Below are positions 1 through 12,300 of a DNA stretch of 64,000 nt, piece by piece. Source of the stretch: Amoebophrya sp. A120 (Eukaryota > Protista > Dinoflagellata); NCBI GenBank assembly GCA_905178155.1, contig CAJINV010000001.1, positions 9,011,865 through 9,075,864 on the forward strand. The letters are read 5' to 3'. A model generated the notes under the pieces. It did not search any database. It saw nothing but the letters and a program-made list of their open reading frames with translations, and was not told the origin of the DNA. How positions within the stretch are numbered: the stretch's first letter is position 1; each line of letters starts with the position of its first letter. The position numbers were made by a program, and so were the translations under genes.

Positions 1-226
1 ATGCTCGTCGTGGTTGGTACTGTTGTGCAAGTTGAGGTCACAACATCGTGTACGTAAGGTTCAAAACTGTACTACAACCGGACGTCGAGAAACAAAAATT
101 ACAAATCGCGATTGCCATTATCCACTCTCAGTGCGAAAAAGCATTCCAATAGGGTGAATACGAATGTGAGAGAACGAAAAACAAAGCATGACTGTAGGTA
201 GCTAGCGCATTCCGAAAAAAAAAATT

Positions 227-1498
227 CTACGCTTTGATCCCGAGCAGCCCGACCGTCGCCGGCTCGACTTTTTCCTCTCCGGGTTCGCCCTTGCCGGAGT
301 AGGAGGTGAAGCCCAAGTAGCCGCTGCCGTTGGTGATCCCCCCGGTGGAGACTTCGCAGACGTTGTGCCACTTTTCGCCGATCTTTACCTTGGCTTCCAC
401 CTTGTTGCCCGGGGTCCTGGAAATCGCCAAAGTGATGTCCTTGTTATCGTACCGGAGGAATTTGGCGCTGCCGAGCTGTGTGCGGATCCCCTTCATGCTG
501 TCCTCCACGCAATGGACCTGCGTCATGTGGTCCTTCTCGCTAAAAACCACACCAAACCCGTTCATCTTCTCCTGGTACCTGTTTTTTATTGCGTTTTCAC
601 CCATCGTTTTGCAGTTCTTTCGAATCATCGAACCACAGCTCTTCGCCGATCATCAGATCATGAATGGCAACTAATGCTTCTACTTTTTCCTCCACATGTA
701 GATACATTCAATATCGAACATCAAAACCTCCCTGCGCTGAGATAAGTAAGTATCACGACATCTTCGAGAAACTACAAACTATCATCCGGTGTACCCGTAG
801 AATGTGAGCCCGTTTTTCTTGAGCAAGGCGTCAAAGTCGTTCTCCTTGTTTTCCGGCTTGTATTCGCTGTAGAACTTCGTGGAATCGAACCAGGTGGCGA
901 AGTCTTCCGCCGAGTACCACATCGCGAAACCCTGTCCCCGCATCATCTCGCCCTCGATTTTGAAGTCCACCGAGACCTCAAAGTCCCGGCTGTCCACCGC
1001 CTCCCGAGCAAAAAGCTGCCCGAACCGATCCTGCACGCCGGGCGTCAGCAGCAAGTGATGCGGAAGGGTCGGAAGAGAGGCGCCATTGATGAACCTGTTT
1101 TGTGGATCAGGAAAGAATCATGCAATGAATATAAGTATTCATGCGATGAATTATACCGCTTCTGCGTCTATTCTCACGCAAACATGAGAAGAAAGACGAT
1201 AGTACTGTACTGTAGCGGCAGATTGAACAACGTCGTGATTTTTATACCTCATGCATCATGATCATGATCTCTTGATTATGCAATCGAGGTGGCGAATTTC
1301 TTCGTCTTTTATCAAGCAACAAACAAAGCATATTTTATACCAATCCAGGTCTTTTCCAATGCGGTCCAGTGCGATTGTGTTTTGAAAGGAATGCCTACTC
1401 ATCTCGATGGACATCCGGTTCTTCTCCGCATTCCGGTTGCCTTGGACCAACGTCGGCAATGCCATCGCGGCCCCAGCAAGGACGCTCTGCCACGTCAT
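227..1498 (-). CDS. L-type (legume-like) lectin, ERGIC-53/VIP36-like; multi-exon, probably continues past the left window edge
   Basis: Signal-peptide-like start MTWQSVLAGAAMALPTLVQG. GT-AG introns 1095-1340 and 579-794 join ...DLDW/FINGAS...LLTPGVQDRFGQL...GQGFAMWY...FYG/YQEKMNGFGVVF...YLGFTSYSG, which are L-lectin strand motifs. No TM segment is seen before 227, so further exons are likely. Confidence 0.75.
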
Positions 1499-2882
1499 CC
1501 TGCAAAAGCTTTCGGATAGATGATTCGTGCGGCGGTGATGAGTTTGGAGACTTCTCGTCCAAAATTATTCTACTGTCGTCACAGATGCAGCTCGCCTTCC
1601 TTGAGCGTCTTTTATAGAGAAGAATCTCCGAAGAGATGACAGGAACGGTGTTCTATTGCAAGCGTGAAGTGAAATAAATCCTCTTCTAGACGAAACAGTC
1701 CGAGAAGAATCTCGAAAAATGAGCGTTTTTACCAGCACAACTTGAATCGTCTTCTATCTTCTTTCCACTGCTCTTGCGAAGAAGTAAAAGTAGATCAATC
1801 TTCTTGCGCTTTCGCTACAATTTTCAAAAAGTTGTTGAACTAGACCGTTGAATCGTTGTGAAAAGCGAAGCTGACTTACTTAAGAGTGTGTTGAACTCAA
1901 AATCGCTTTCTTAAATTGTAAGTTGCACGCGTCCTCAAAGGGGTACTTTCTCGGACAAGATGCTCCTGTGTTGTCGAGAAAAAAAAACCATCAGGATGAT
2001 CGTCGCAAGTGAAAAGCTTGGAAAGAAAGAACGCAAGCCACTGTTACTGTTCCTTACAGCGCGTTTGACACGTTTTCTATTAAATTTGCACGAAAAGAAC
2101 GTAGATCAGGATTCGTCTGTAGTAGAACCAAGAAGCACGTGTGAACGAAAAATGGGAACGAGACCGACGAGGTAGAACTAGATCAAACCTTATTCACGTA
2201 CGATAACGATACAGTACCACGATCAGTGCAGAACAAAACTTCTATTTCTTTTTCACTAACCGTCACGTGAACCGGGCTTTTCTAGACGAGGACGGTACTT
2301 CTATTTCTGTTTTTTTCCACCTATCGCTGGGAGCGAAGTGAAGCATGGCGATCTTGATGACAAAAATTGTGCGCACGTGTTACGGAAAATTGGGTCCAGC
2401 ACTTGGTGAACGAGCTGCCATGCTTCGTGCTCGGCCGCATCAGGCGCAATGATAATTACATATAGAAGAGAACGTGCGTAAAACATGTCGCGTAGGAGAA
2501 TTTGATGTTGCGAAAAAAAGTAGCAGAACCCGCGTCGGGATATGAGTCTAAAATCGAAAATCGTTAGCTGTCGTCGTTTTTGAAGATGACTGTAAAATCA
2601 GAATCACAATCACTAGATGTGGTATGAAATAAACCTGTCAGGAAGGACAGGCTGTCGCGGTAAAAGGTAACTTGTCCTTGCATCAGAAATCGAAAGAAGA
2701 TCCACACTAGAACCAGTGTGGAGCAAGTAAGTACGACGAGAGACTTGTGCTACTCGTCTTCATTTTTGCGATGTAAAAGGTAGAGGACTTAGTGTGGAGA
2801 TATCTTTGTTTCTGCGCAATTACGGTCCCATGATGATTTCCTTCCACTAGATGTAGATCATATAATTTGCGACTCATCAACA

Positions 2883-5800
2883 TCAGAAAGCCGAGGGCAG
2901 TTGATTCTCCTTATCATCTCCCGGCTTTTGTCTGGAGCGGAAAAAGTCGCCTATCATGCTAGTCGGTGATGGGCGTTGCGCGGACGAGCTATCACCCGCC
3001 AAAGTCGCCGTGTTATCTTGCTCGGGTGGCGAATTCAGGTACTGCATCAAATTTCGATCGCCTGAATTCTCATACAGCTCCCGGCGGGGAGAATGGTAGA
3101 TGGAGTTCCCGCTTGTCGCGCCACTGCTGTACATTCCGCTTGAGGACGCCGTGGCATGCACTGCCGGTGGCGTCATTGGATTTGAGTAGGCCGAGCCGGT
3201 CGGGGAAGGGCGATTGCTTCCCGCAACTCCGTTCGGACTGTTCGTCAGCCCGTAGGGACTAGCGGTCGACGCCGTGCTGCCTCCGTACCGCATCCCTGTT
3301 GTCTGCGGAGTCGCGGGCTGAAAGCTCGTCTCTATGGTCGGCGTCTGAAAGCGGGACCGACTGGACGAGGTCGCCTGCCCGTAGCCGTTGTCGTAGCCTT
3401 GGTTCAACATATTATTCTGCGGCCCATTTATTCCGTTCGCGACAGGACCCTGCTGGTGCTGCATATACGGAGTATTCACTGTGCCAGAACTACTATAATT
3501 CGGCGCCGCCGAGTTAATCATTTCCACCTGCGGCACCACCCCACTGCTGCCGCCCAGCCCCCCGCTGAGCCTTCTGGCCACCGCAAAGAAAACCAGCACG
3601 ACTACCACAACCAGGAGCAGCAACCCGAGCACGTGCTGCATCCTCTCCGTGGAGAACCTGGCCCCGTGTTCGTCCCGCTGTAAGTGCAATGCTTCCAGCC
3701 AGCGGTCGAAGTTGCCCTGGTGCCGCCGTTTCTCGGATTTCACGCGTCGGTGCAAGTGGTCGAATTGCCGCAAGTCTCGTTTCATCTCTCTCTCGAAGCC
3801 CATGGCGAGGTGCTTAATGCCCGTGCGGTGCCGTCTTTTGAGCAATTTCTCCTCCACTAGTCCCTCCAATCCGGTGAGCTTGTGGTCCACGGAGTAGATC
3901 TCCTCATGCAGCTTCTGCGTCGCTGTGGCTCCGAACTTCTCGTTGTAAAGGGCGACGACCGAAGACAGCCGGTCGATTGCGGCGACGTAGCCACCCTTGA
4001 CCGGCTTCTCCTCGATCTCCTTCAATTTCGCACGAAGGTCCGTGTCCTCGACTAAGTGCGAAACGTGCCCGAAGTCGTACGTTGTGGTAAGGACCTGGTT
4101 GCAGAAAGTATAGCAAGTAGCTGCGTAACAGTTCTTGGCTTCATCTCAACATTCTAAAAAAACTGAAACATACAAGACGAATCGCGTAGAAAACAGAAGA
4201 GAACTGCCAGCACTCTGATCAGGCGATGATAATGTTGACAAAAGGAAATGAAATCCGAATCTTCATCTTCCCCCTAGGTCGTCACAAAGAACTTCTGTAC
4301 CTTGGCGATCGACAACGTCTGCGTCGGGTTCTTCCCAGTGTAGGATGTAACCCCTAGGGACAACTCGAGCTGCACGTGCGGCAAATGCACATCGCAGATC
4401 TCAGTCCGCGAGACGGGCTGCTGGTTGCCGCTGTGGTGTGGGTCGTCCACCTGAGAATTATGCACCACTAGCGCCGCGCGCACCCAACCCTTGGACGTCT
4501 GCTCCAGACTCACCGTCCAATGGCTGTTGCCCTGGGAAACGATCTCCGGTAGATGCACCCACTGCGTTTCCGTCAAATGGTTCCGATGCGCGCCAGCCAT
4601 GTGCGCGTGGTCATCTGAAGTCGTGTACGTTTAGAGAAGATAGGGAAACTTATAGGTCAAGCAGATGAAGAAAATCGAAGGAACAGCTTATTTCAGCAAA
4701 GGACTAATGAGTTCGATAAAAAAAACAAGCATCCTGTTGCTAGAAAACATTCCGTACTTAGATTTTTTTATACCTGCTTTCCAATCATCCGAGATGCAGC
4801 GCACTTGTTTCTTGTCTAAATCCATTAACACCCCGAAGCCGTCGAAGCGCTCCTCGAACCCAGCACGGGATAGTTGCAACGACCCGTGCTCCCGCATGTA
4901 CCTCGAGTACAATTCCCCGCGGCCTTCCCCCTCCTTCTGGTCCTTTCCCTCCCGCACTTGGTGCTCCCCTTCCCGCACCGTGTGGATCAGATCCGGCACG
5001 TGTGCGACCCAAAACCCGACCTGGTGATGATTCTCCTGTGCTTTCCTGTCGCTCACGGCCACCGGCGCGTTATCCTGCTCAAAACCACTCTTCTCGGCGT
5101 GCAGGGCGGCGTTAACATCGAGGGAATGCGGGATGGGCAGAGACAAACTGCAGTTAAAGTCGATTTTGAAGCTCCGACTTTCCACGTTGTGTTCGGTCCA
5201 CATGAAGCCTAGCCGGTTCGGCACGTCCGGGGTCAGCAACACTCGGTCCGGGAAAAGCACCGTCGCTCCGCCGAACGCCCAGTCTCGTTCCAACTCCTCG
5301 TGGTCGGTAACTTTCTCCGGGGAAAGCGAAGTTTCCTTTTCGACCACCCCCTGGTCGCCGGTGAGGTCGGAATCGTGAAACGAGCGCAGGTGCTTGTCCG
5401 ATCTCTTGTAGTTGTGCCTGGCGCTGTAGTCGTCCACGTGATCGCTCAGGTCGTTGTAGCTCCAATCGTCCTCATAATCGAAATAGTGATCATCATAGTG
5501 ATCATCGTAGTGGTGGTCGTGGTGGTCATCATGATGGAGATGATCATCATGGTGATCATGATGTTGTCCATCATGGTGTGTATGATCCCCAGTATGTTGC
5601 TGCTGCTGATTTTGCGCGGCATTGTTTCCGTACTGCACTTGTCCCCCAGGAGGTGGTGGCTGACCGTACTGCTGTTGTGGCGGCACTTGCTGGTTGTTAT
5701 ACTGGTTGTACTGTTGCGGCGGCGGGGGCTGCTGGCCGTACTGGTTGTACTGTGGCGGCGGGGGCTGCTGATACTGGTTATTGTACTGCGGCGGCTGCCC

Positions 5801-6403
5801 ATACTGTGGTGGCGGCGGCTGCTGCTGCTGCCCATAATTCTGCTGCGGGGGTGGAGGCGGAGGTGGTTGCTGCTGCCCGTATGGGGGAGGGGGCGCCTGC
5901 GGCTGCCCGTTGTAGCCGTAATTCTGCTGTTGCGCCGGAGGTTGATACTGTGGCTGCCCGTAGTTCTGCTGTGGTGGCGGTGGTTGCTGGCCGTAGTTCA
6001 TATTCGGCGGCGGCGGCTGCCCGTAGTTGTTTAGTACCGGCGGAGGAGCTGGCGGCTGCTGCTGCGGGGGCTGTTGCCCACCTCCGTAGACCGCGCCCTG
6101 GTTGTATTGCTGCTGTGCTGGATTCGGCGGGGCATTATTATAGCCGTAGTTGTTTCCTTGAGCAGGTGGCGAATGGTTATAGTACTGCTGGTTTCCTCCA
6201 TACTGCTGGTTCGGCGGCGGTGGATGCTGATTATTCCCGTAGTTGTTATACTGGTTGTTTTGCGCTGAGACGAAGGGAAAGAGCAGACTGATGCCGGCTT
6301 GTGCGAGAAGCACAGCAACGCCGAGTGCAAAACGGGACGGCCGTGCCGGTGTCGCTCTGTCGCTGGCGATTGAGGCAGAGGACCACCTCACCGATGCTTT
6401 CAT
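2883..6403 (-). CDS. Type I membrane L-type lectin-like protein with P/Q/N/Y/G-rich and His/Asp-rich N-terminal extension
   Basis: ATG at 6403 followed by a hydrophobic leader. Lectin motifs WAFGGATV..VLLTPDVPNRLGFMW, GFEERFDGFGVLMD and LGVTSYTG. GT-AG introns 4615-4773 and 4095-4300 keep the frame. TM segment VLGLLLLVVVVVLVFFAVA. Confidence 0.75.
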
Positions 6404-8189
6404 CTTTATTTCCCTATCGACTGGGCAGCGGCACGACTGCACCGCTGTAACTAGGCGGATAGTTCTAGGAGGTGTAAGAGTAGCTCTTACTAGAGATAAA
6501 ATGTTGAAAGGTGTGGCGGTCGCGTCGCGTTGCCGTTGTCGGAACTAGGGATTAGAGATATATCCTTGCTGCATCTATATCCACGAATATGGCCTACATG
6601 TTGCCTAGCAAGTAAATGTCTGTTGACTTATGCTTTGTATTCCGGATCCGGCTACCATTGGCTACTGTCGCTAATTTTTAAGTATATCCGGCTACAGTGA
6701 GTCTACGGGAATCGCTAAAAATTCATAAATACCGACTTGCTGCTGAGTACCAACACTGAGTCATAGTCGTATCATTCTGGCCAAGCGCTGATATCTTTTT
6801 TAGGTTTTGAAAGAGATAACTGCATACAACGGTACTTACTAGGTGAGCTTTTTTGGGATCGCTTTCTTATCGTCGTCACTGGTGCAGGATCGGGAATCGT
6901 ATGTAACCAAGTACTTAGGCCAGGCACAATTAGAGTTGAGATCGTTTTAGTCCCGCCGTTTCTATGAAATATTCAGCAACTACTTGACAATGTCCTTCAC
7001 GTGATCCCATGCGGAGATCCGTCCGAATCAGGCGAAAAAATCATGAGCTGTTTGTCCGAGTGTGCGCTTTTGTTTTCGTTTTCCAAAACAGATGTTTTTT
7101 TTCGCAAAAAATAGATCATTGCTTCTCGTCTATCTACTTGCTCAGGCATCGACCGAGAAAAAAAGCAAACCGAAGGGTTTCTGCAATCTCCTTGGAAATC
7201 CAAAGCTATGTGCTATTTCCAATACATAAACATAGCTGTTCTATCTAGACAGGCACACTTCCATGTTCTGTCTTCTTCAGGTTTGTTTTCCATTTGTTTC
7301 CGAAACTGCAACTGGCACACCGAACAGGTTCTCAAACATTTTTTGTCTAGTGTCATACCGGGCCCGGTGGCCGTGCTAGAACCTTTTGATGATGTTTCCT
7401 TTATTTTATTTCGTCTTGATGTTGCTTTTGTTCCGATGGATCCAAGTTTTGCTTGTTTTATATCATGGAAATTTTCTCGTGAGAGTCACTATGATTTTTG
7501 AAACTACTTGAAAACTGAGTATGTAAGTACGTCCCACAGATATGAAGTTTTTCGTTGCTATTTTTTGAGCGGAAGCATGTTGTTCATTTCGCCTTCCATG
7601 CATGCTTACCTGGGTATAGATGATCTTTTTCTAGTCGAGAAGCAGCTTGTTTGAAAGCAACTAGATGACTACGGAAAAAGATGATTTCGATTTTTTCACT
7701 TCAAAGAAAAAAAGCGTTCTACCCATCGGACAAAGCGTTCATCTGTCGTCGGATATTTTACACATATGCCGCCTCTTTTTTTCTTTTGCTTTAGCTACGT
7801 ACGACCATGATATTGAGACATATACTACATCGCGTCAGCTGCATAGGCAGACTGGACGGAGAAATTTTCAATCATTTCATCTCCTTTACCTTTTTGTATC
7901 CTTTCTCTTTCATTTTTTCACTAAAATACGTTGTGTGCCACTGGCACGCGGGTGAGACACTAACGGTTTTTGCTTTTTATGCATACACAACGCATCAGCA
8001 CATCAGTGGCAGATCCCAAAATATTAGCCATGCTGATGTTAAGTAAGTCTGTTGAAACAAAAAACTAAAACTGTCAGTTCAAAGAAGAACTCAGAGAAAC
8101 TGTAGACTACGCAATATCAGGAACGGAAGGCGATATCAGGTTCTTGCATATGCAAGATCAGAGCCATCAACATGAGAACCTTCGGCACC

Positions 8190-8456
8190 TTACTGGCAGA
8201 GCCGCGAGATGAAAGCTCCGCAGCCGATCACCTCATTCTGCCGATTGGTGTTCTGCTGCACCGCCTGCTGGTACTTGTTTTCGCCCATCGCCAGCCGCTG
8301 GCGCATCTGCGACAAGTCCTCCAGCTCGGGCATGCTCTCGCGGCTCAGCGTCCGCTCACGGCTCACCTGCTGGCGCAACTCCGGGATCGACTTCGGGCTG
8401 GATGACTCGCCCCCGTTGCCGTCAACCGAATCCGAACTGTAACGACGAGCCAACAT
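8190..8456 (-). CDS. Small hypothetical protein (may be spliced)
   Basis: 88-aa ORF forming a GC-richer island in AT-rich intergenic DNA, on the same strand as all other genes. Internal repeat SIPEL/SMPEL. Confidence 0.4.
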   Translation of the reverse strand: MLARRYSSDSVDGNGGESSSPKSIPELRQQVSRERTLSRESMPELEDLSQMRQRLAMGENKYQQAVQQNTNRQNEVIGCGAFISRLCQ

Positions 8457-9372
8457 CTTTCGTCTTCTACTACTGCTGCCAGTAATACGAGTGTTGCAGC
8501 TCTTTTAGTCGCTGTACGATATTTACCTTTACGAACCTTGTTTTATTAATGATTTCCTAACTTCCTCTTCAACTGAAAAGGCTTTTTAAGTTAAAACTTC
8601 TCCTTCTTCGACCTCTGATGCTGTCCTGTCGAGAGGTACCTACTCGCTTTATTGAAGATACTTCTTCTTTGTTTTTACCGTCCACACACTCGTTGAGGAT
8701 TGTAGTTATTACGGGATCTACACTGAAACACACACCCGGCCTGAACACCAAGGAAAAGGATTGAGATTTATCATGGAATTCAGAAAGATATTCTCTCATT
8801 GGATTGGATTGGCCGCGTTTCTAAATTCCTCACACTCAAAGATTTTTGTCCTACCCGCTCGGAGACGCTCATGCCTTACCGAAATTAACTTAAATTCACG
8901 CCTCACTTGACGTGGGGGTACCGCTGTTGCGTGATAAGCAGCACAAAGCGAACACGCTACTTCTTCGTATGAACCTTGTGTGTCGGGACTTCTCCTCCAC
9001 TACTAGAATTACTTACTTTTCGCAAGAGAAAAACGTGTTTAACATCCGTATGAAAGTGAAGGCATTGCCATGAGTTGTCGCCAAAAGTAAGAGGTCGCAA
9101 TATGATATTTTTCATTTCTGTCGTGTTGATAGGTAAAGCGACTGGTCACAGAGAACTAAACTAGTCTTGTGGCCTGAAGGCGGATTACCATCAAAAAGGT
9201 CATTTTTTGTCATTTGATTTTAGTACAGCTTCAAGCCAGAGTACATAAATCAATTCCCGTCTACTCAGCCAAGCAAGGTCTTGACATCGAGAATGACCCC
9301 GACGCAGACTTCTGCTGAGTACAATAAGATGACATCGCAGCTACTAGTCGTAGTGCTAGTGGCCACTTCTAG

Positions 9373-12300
9373 CTACAAAAAAGCAACAATGTTCCGAAAG
9401 ACCGGTTCTTCGCAATTGATCACAAACTTGCAACAAATTTCTGCAAATTCCTCGGTCGACAAAGGACCTTCGTCCTTTCTCTTCCTTTTCCTCAGCGTCA
9501 GAGCGTACTCGGCGAAAAAGTGCTTTAGTGGATCTACCCAAGGACATGCCATCCAGGGATCTAACAGCACGCGTCTATCGAACCTCGTCGGGCATTTCGT
9601 CGTGGCGAGCTGCAGCTGTTTTGCTGGATCTTGCTCTCCAACTGCCGGGTCCGTCTTGTCCTCAGAATTCTTGTTCAGATTCGTAGGGTCTATTTCCGTT
9701 GACGTTTTTCCTTTATCCTCCACCTTTTGCTCCGTCTTGCCCTCCTTGCTGCAGCCTTGCGCGACCACGTTATCATTGCGACCAAGCTGCTGCTGCTCTG
9801 ATTTTTTTTCGTCGCCACCAGCTCCCGTCTGAAGGTGCTGGCACTGCTTCCGAATGCTGTTTATGGACAGGAGTGAAAGCGCTGCATAGTTCAGTGTTTT
9901 CACGTTTTGCTTCTTCACCCCTTGTTGCCCTCGTGGTCTGCTGCGGCTTTTCGAAGCTTTCGCATTCTTGCACTCCGGACTTTTTTTGAGTTGTAAGAAG
10001 TGTGAACTCTGCTTTTGCGGAAGCGCCAGTACGCTGGTGGCATTAGTTGGTGGAGCGCCGTCTACCTCCTTGTTTCCAATTCCCTCCGGAACAACTGCAC
10101 CGGTCGCATTTTTTCCTACAACACCTGCAGCAGTGGCAGAAGAAGAAGCTGCTGGTGCTGCTCCGGCTGCTCCCGCCGCCGCTGCTGCCGCCGCTGCCGC
10201 CACTGCTTGCTTTCTCCGCTTCTGCCACGCTTTGTACCGTCGCGCGTAGCTTTTGCTGCTGAAGGTCATCCGAATCAGATGAATGAATTCCTTTTTCCCG
10301 ATGATCTGCAGAATCGCCTTCTGTCTTGCCGTGAGCAACTTTCCCGGGATCACCAGCCGCGGTCTTCTCTTCGGCTTTATTTCTACGACCTTGGTGCGAG
10401 GAAACGCCTCCCGGAACGCGACGCCCTTCTCGTGGTGAACCCCAACCAGGGGCGCGGTGGTGTGCCCAGACTCCAAGTTCTGCGTGAACAAAATCCGCTG
10501 CCCCGCGCGCGCGGTGCCCCGTCGCATCTGCTGTATCCGGTGCCGGGCCAGGATGTACAAGCCCCGGCGGTGCCAGTTCATCTTCTTGATAATCCGAACC
10601 GCGCACTTGTCCTCCTTCACGCGCTTGCAGATCGCGTCCGGCGGCATCATGTGATAGTAATCGGGCCAGCAATCGCAGATGATCTCGTAAAACTCCCAGA
10701 ACCCCCGAATGCAGGTGTACTCCAGAATATCGCAGGAAAAAAACTGTGTAAGTAAGTGTAAATTTGTGCTGCAGAAGATGCAACAGAGTTACACCTGTCA
10801 TGCCAGGCAGCCATGAAGTCCTCTTTTCATGTGTATTTTCCCTTACAAACCATGCATGACAGGTTTTCTCTGTCATGTAGAGCACATTTGTGATGCTGTT
10901 CCTCAAAGAAAGTTACACTTACACACTTTTTTTCCTTGCGATACAGAACCGAGTACACGTGCGTCGAGCCACCGTACACACTGGGTCCGAGCTCCACCGC
11001 GGTTTCGTCCGCCACGAAGGGAAACCGCACGTCGGCACCGCGGTCCAAGATCTCGTGAAACAGTTTCAACCGCCGCAAGATGCCGTGGTAACCTCCGTCC
11101 TTGAAGTAGCCCCGAAGAACCGCAGCCAAGGGGGTCATACCTGCATGGATGTTTGCGTCCGTCAATTTATTGTCGACGGTCTGGAAGTGCTCTGGCTTAA
11201 TATTTCGCTTTATTCCCACATCTTAAAAATCTTTATTCCCATGGCTGGTGGGAGAAAATAAGCTACAAGAGGTGAAGAGGTGAAGAAGTACACTTTTTAT
11301 GAATGTCCTCTAAATAAATAGCCGAACAACGACCGATCTAAATAAAAGCAGTACCAGAATCGTTCCAAGCGTTGAACTCGTCCTCCGAATTGTACATGTC
11401 TTTTAGCGCCTGCATCATCGCATCTTCCAACTTTTGGCTGGCCGTCTCGCGCCGCTCCTTGGCGGCCGCATCCTCCTCCAGGCCGGGCTTCGGGAACGGG
11501 GTCATGAGTTTCTTGCACAGTTTGCAGACTATCAAATGTAAAAATGTCTGGGTCTGGAAGTGAAGAGTCATGCTGTTTTTGCATGACACAGAAGGTCCGG
11601 CATAGAAGCTCTAGCCCACAGGTTTCGAGAAGCTTCCGTCGTGCCGAATCCGCATGACGAATCCCCCATTCTGGTGACAGAAAGCGGGCAGCTTTAGCTT
11701 TTGCTACCTATGCATGAGAGATCTTTCTGTGTTCTGAAATGCGCATCACGAGTTTGTATTCTTCCAGACCCAGACATTTTTGCAATCCATACAGACACGC
11801 TGCAGCTGATCGGAGGTGTATCCGTGGTTCTGGAGATTCAGCAGCCCCCGGTTGGACCGGTCCTGGAGCATGCAACTGAGCTCGCTGTGTTCCCCGAACA
11901 GCCTTGTGGCCTTCCACTTTTTGATCTCCAACCGCGTGGAGCGCCGGCACCCGACGACCGGCGGCGGCGGTGGCTGCTGTAGTCCTACCTCATTGTTCGC
12001 GCCACGCCCCCCGGCACCATGATTTCCCGCCTCGCGCCTGTGCTGCTGCTGGTTCTGTTGTACTCTGCCGTTTTCAACATTTATTCCGACGTTGCCCTGC
12101 TCAGGATTATCTTCGTCGAGGTCGTCGTCCTCCTCGCTATCCTCCTCGTCATCGGAGGACACGCTGACCCGGTGCCGCTGTCTTCGGTCGCGTCGAGGCG
12201 CATTGTCGCGGTTGTTCGGGGAGTACGCCGACTCCTCGGAGGACGACTCAACACCGTTCCGCCTTCTATTATTTTGCCCCCGGCCGCGCTGCTGTTGTCC

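Noticed and set aside
5300-6291. Long plus-strand ORFs (244 and 237 aa), and similar ones at 15996, 25313, 52371, 53918 and 61723
   Set aside because: Antisense shadows of GC-rich or repetitive minus-strand CDSs, with no independent motifs.
6560-6760. Short repeats (CCGGCTAC, TCGCTAA) upstream of lectin 2
   Set aside because: Short and irregular, with no TIR/TSD structure or periodicity.
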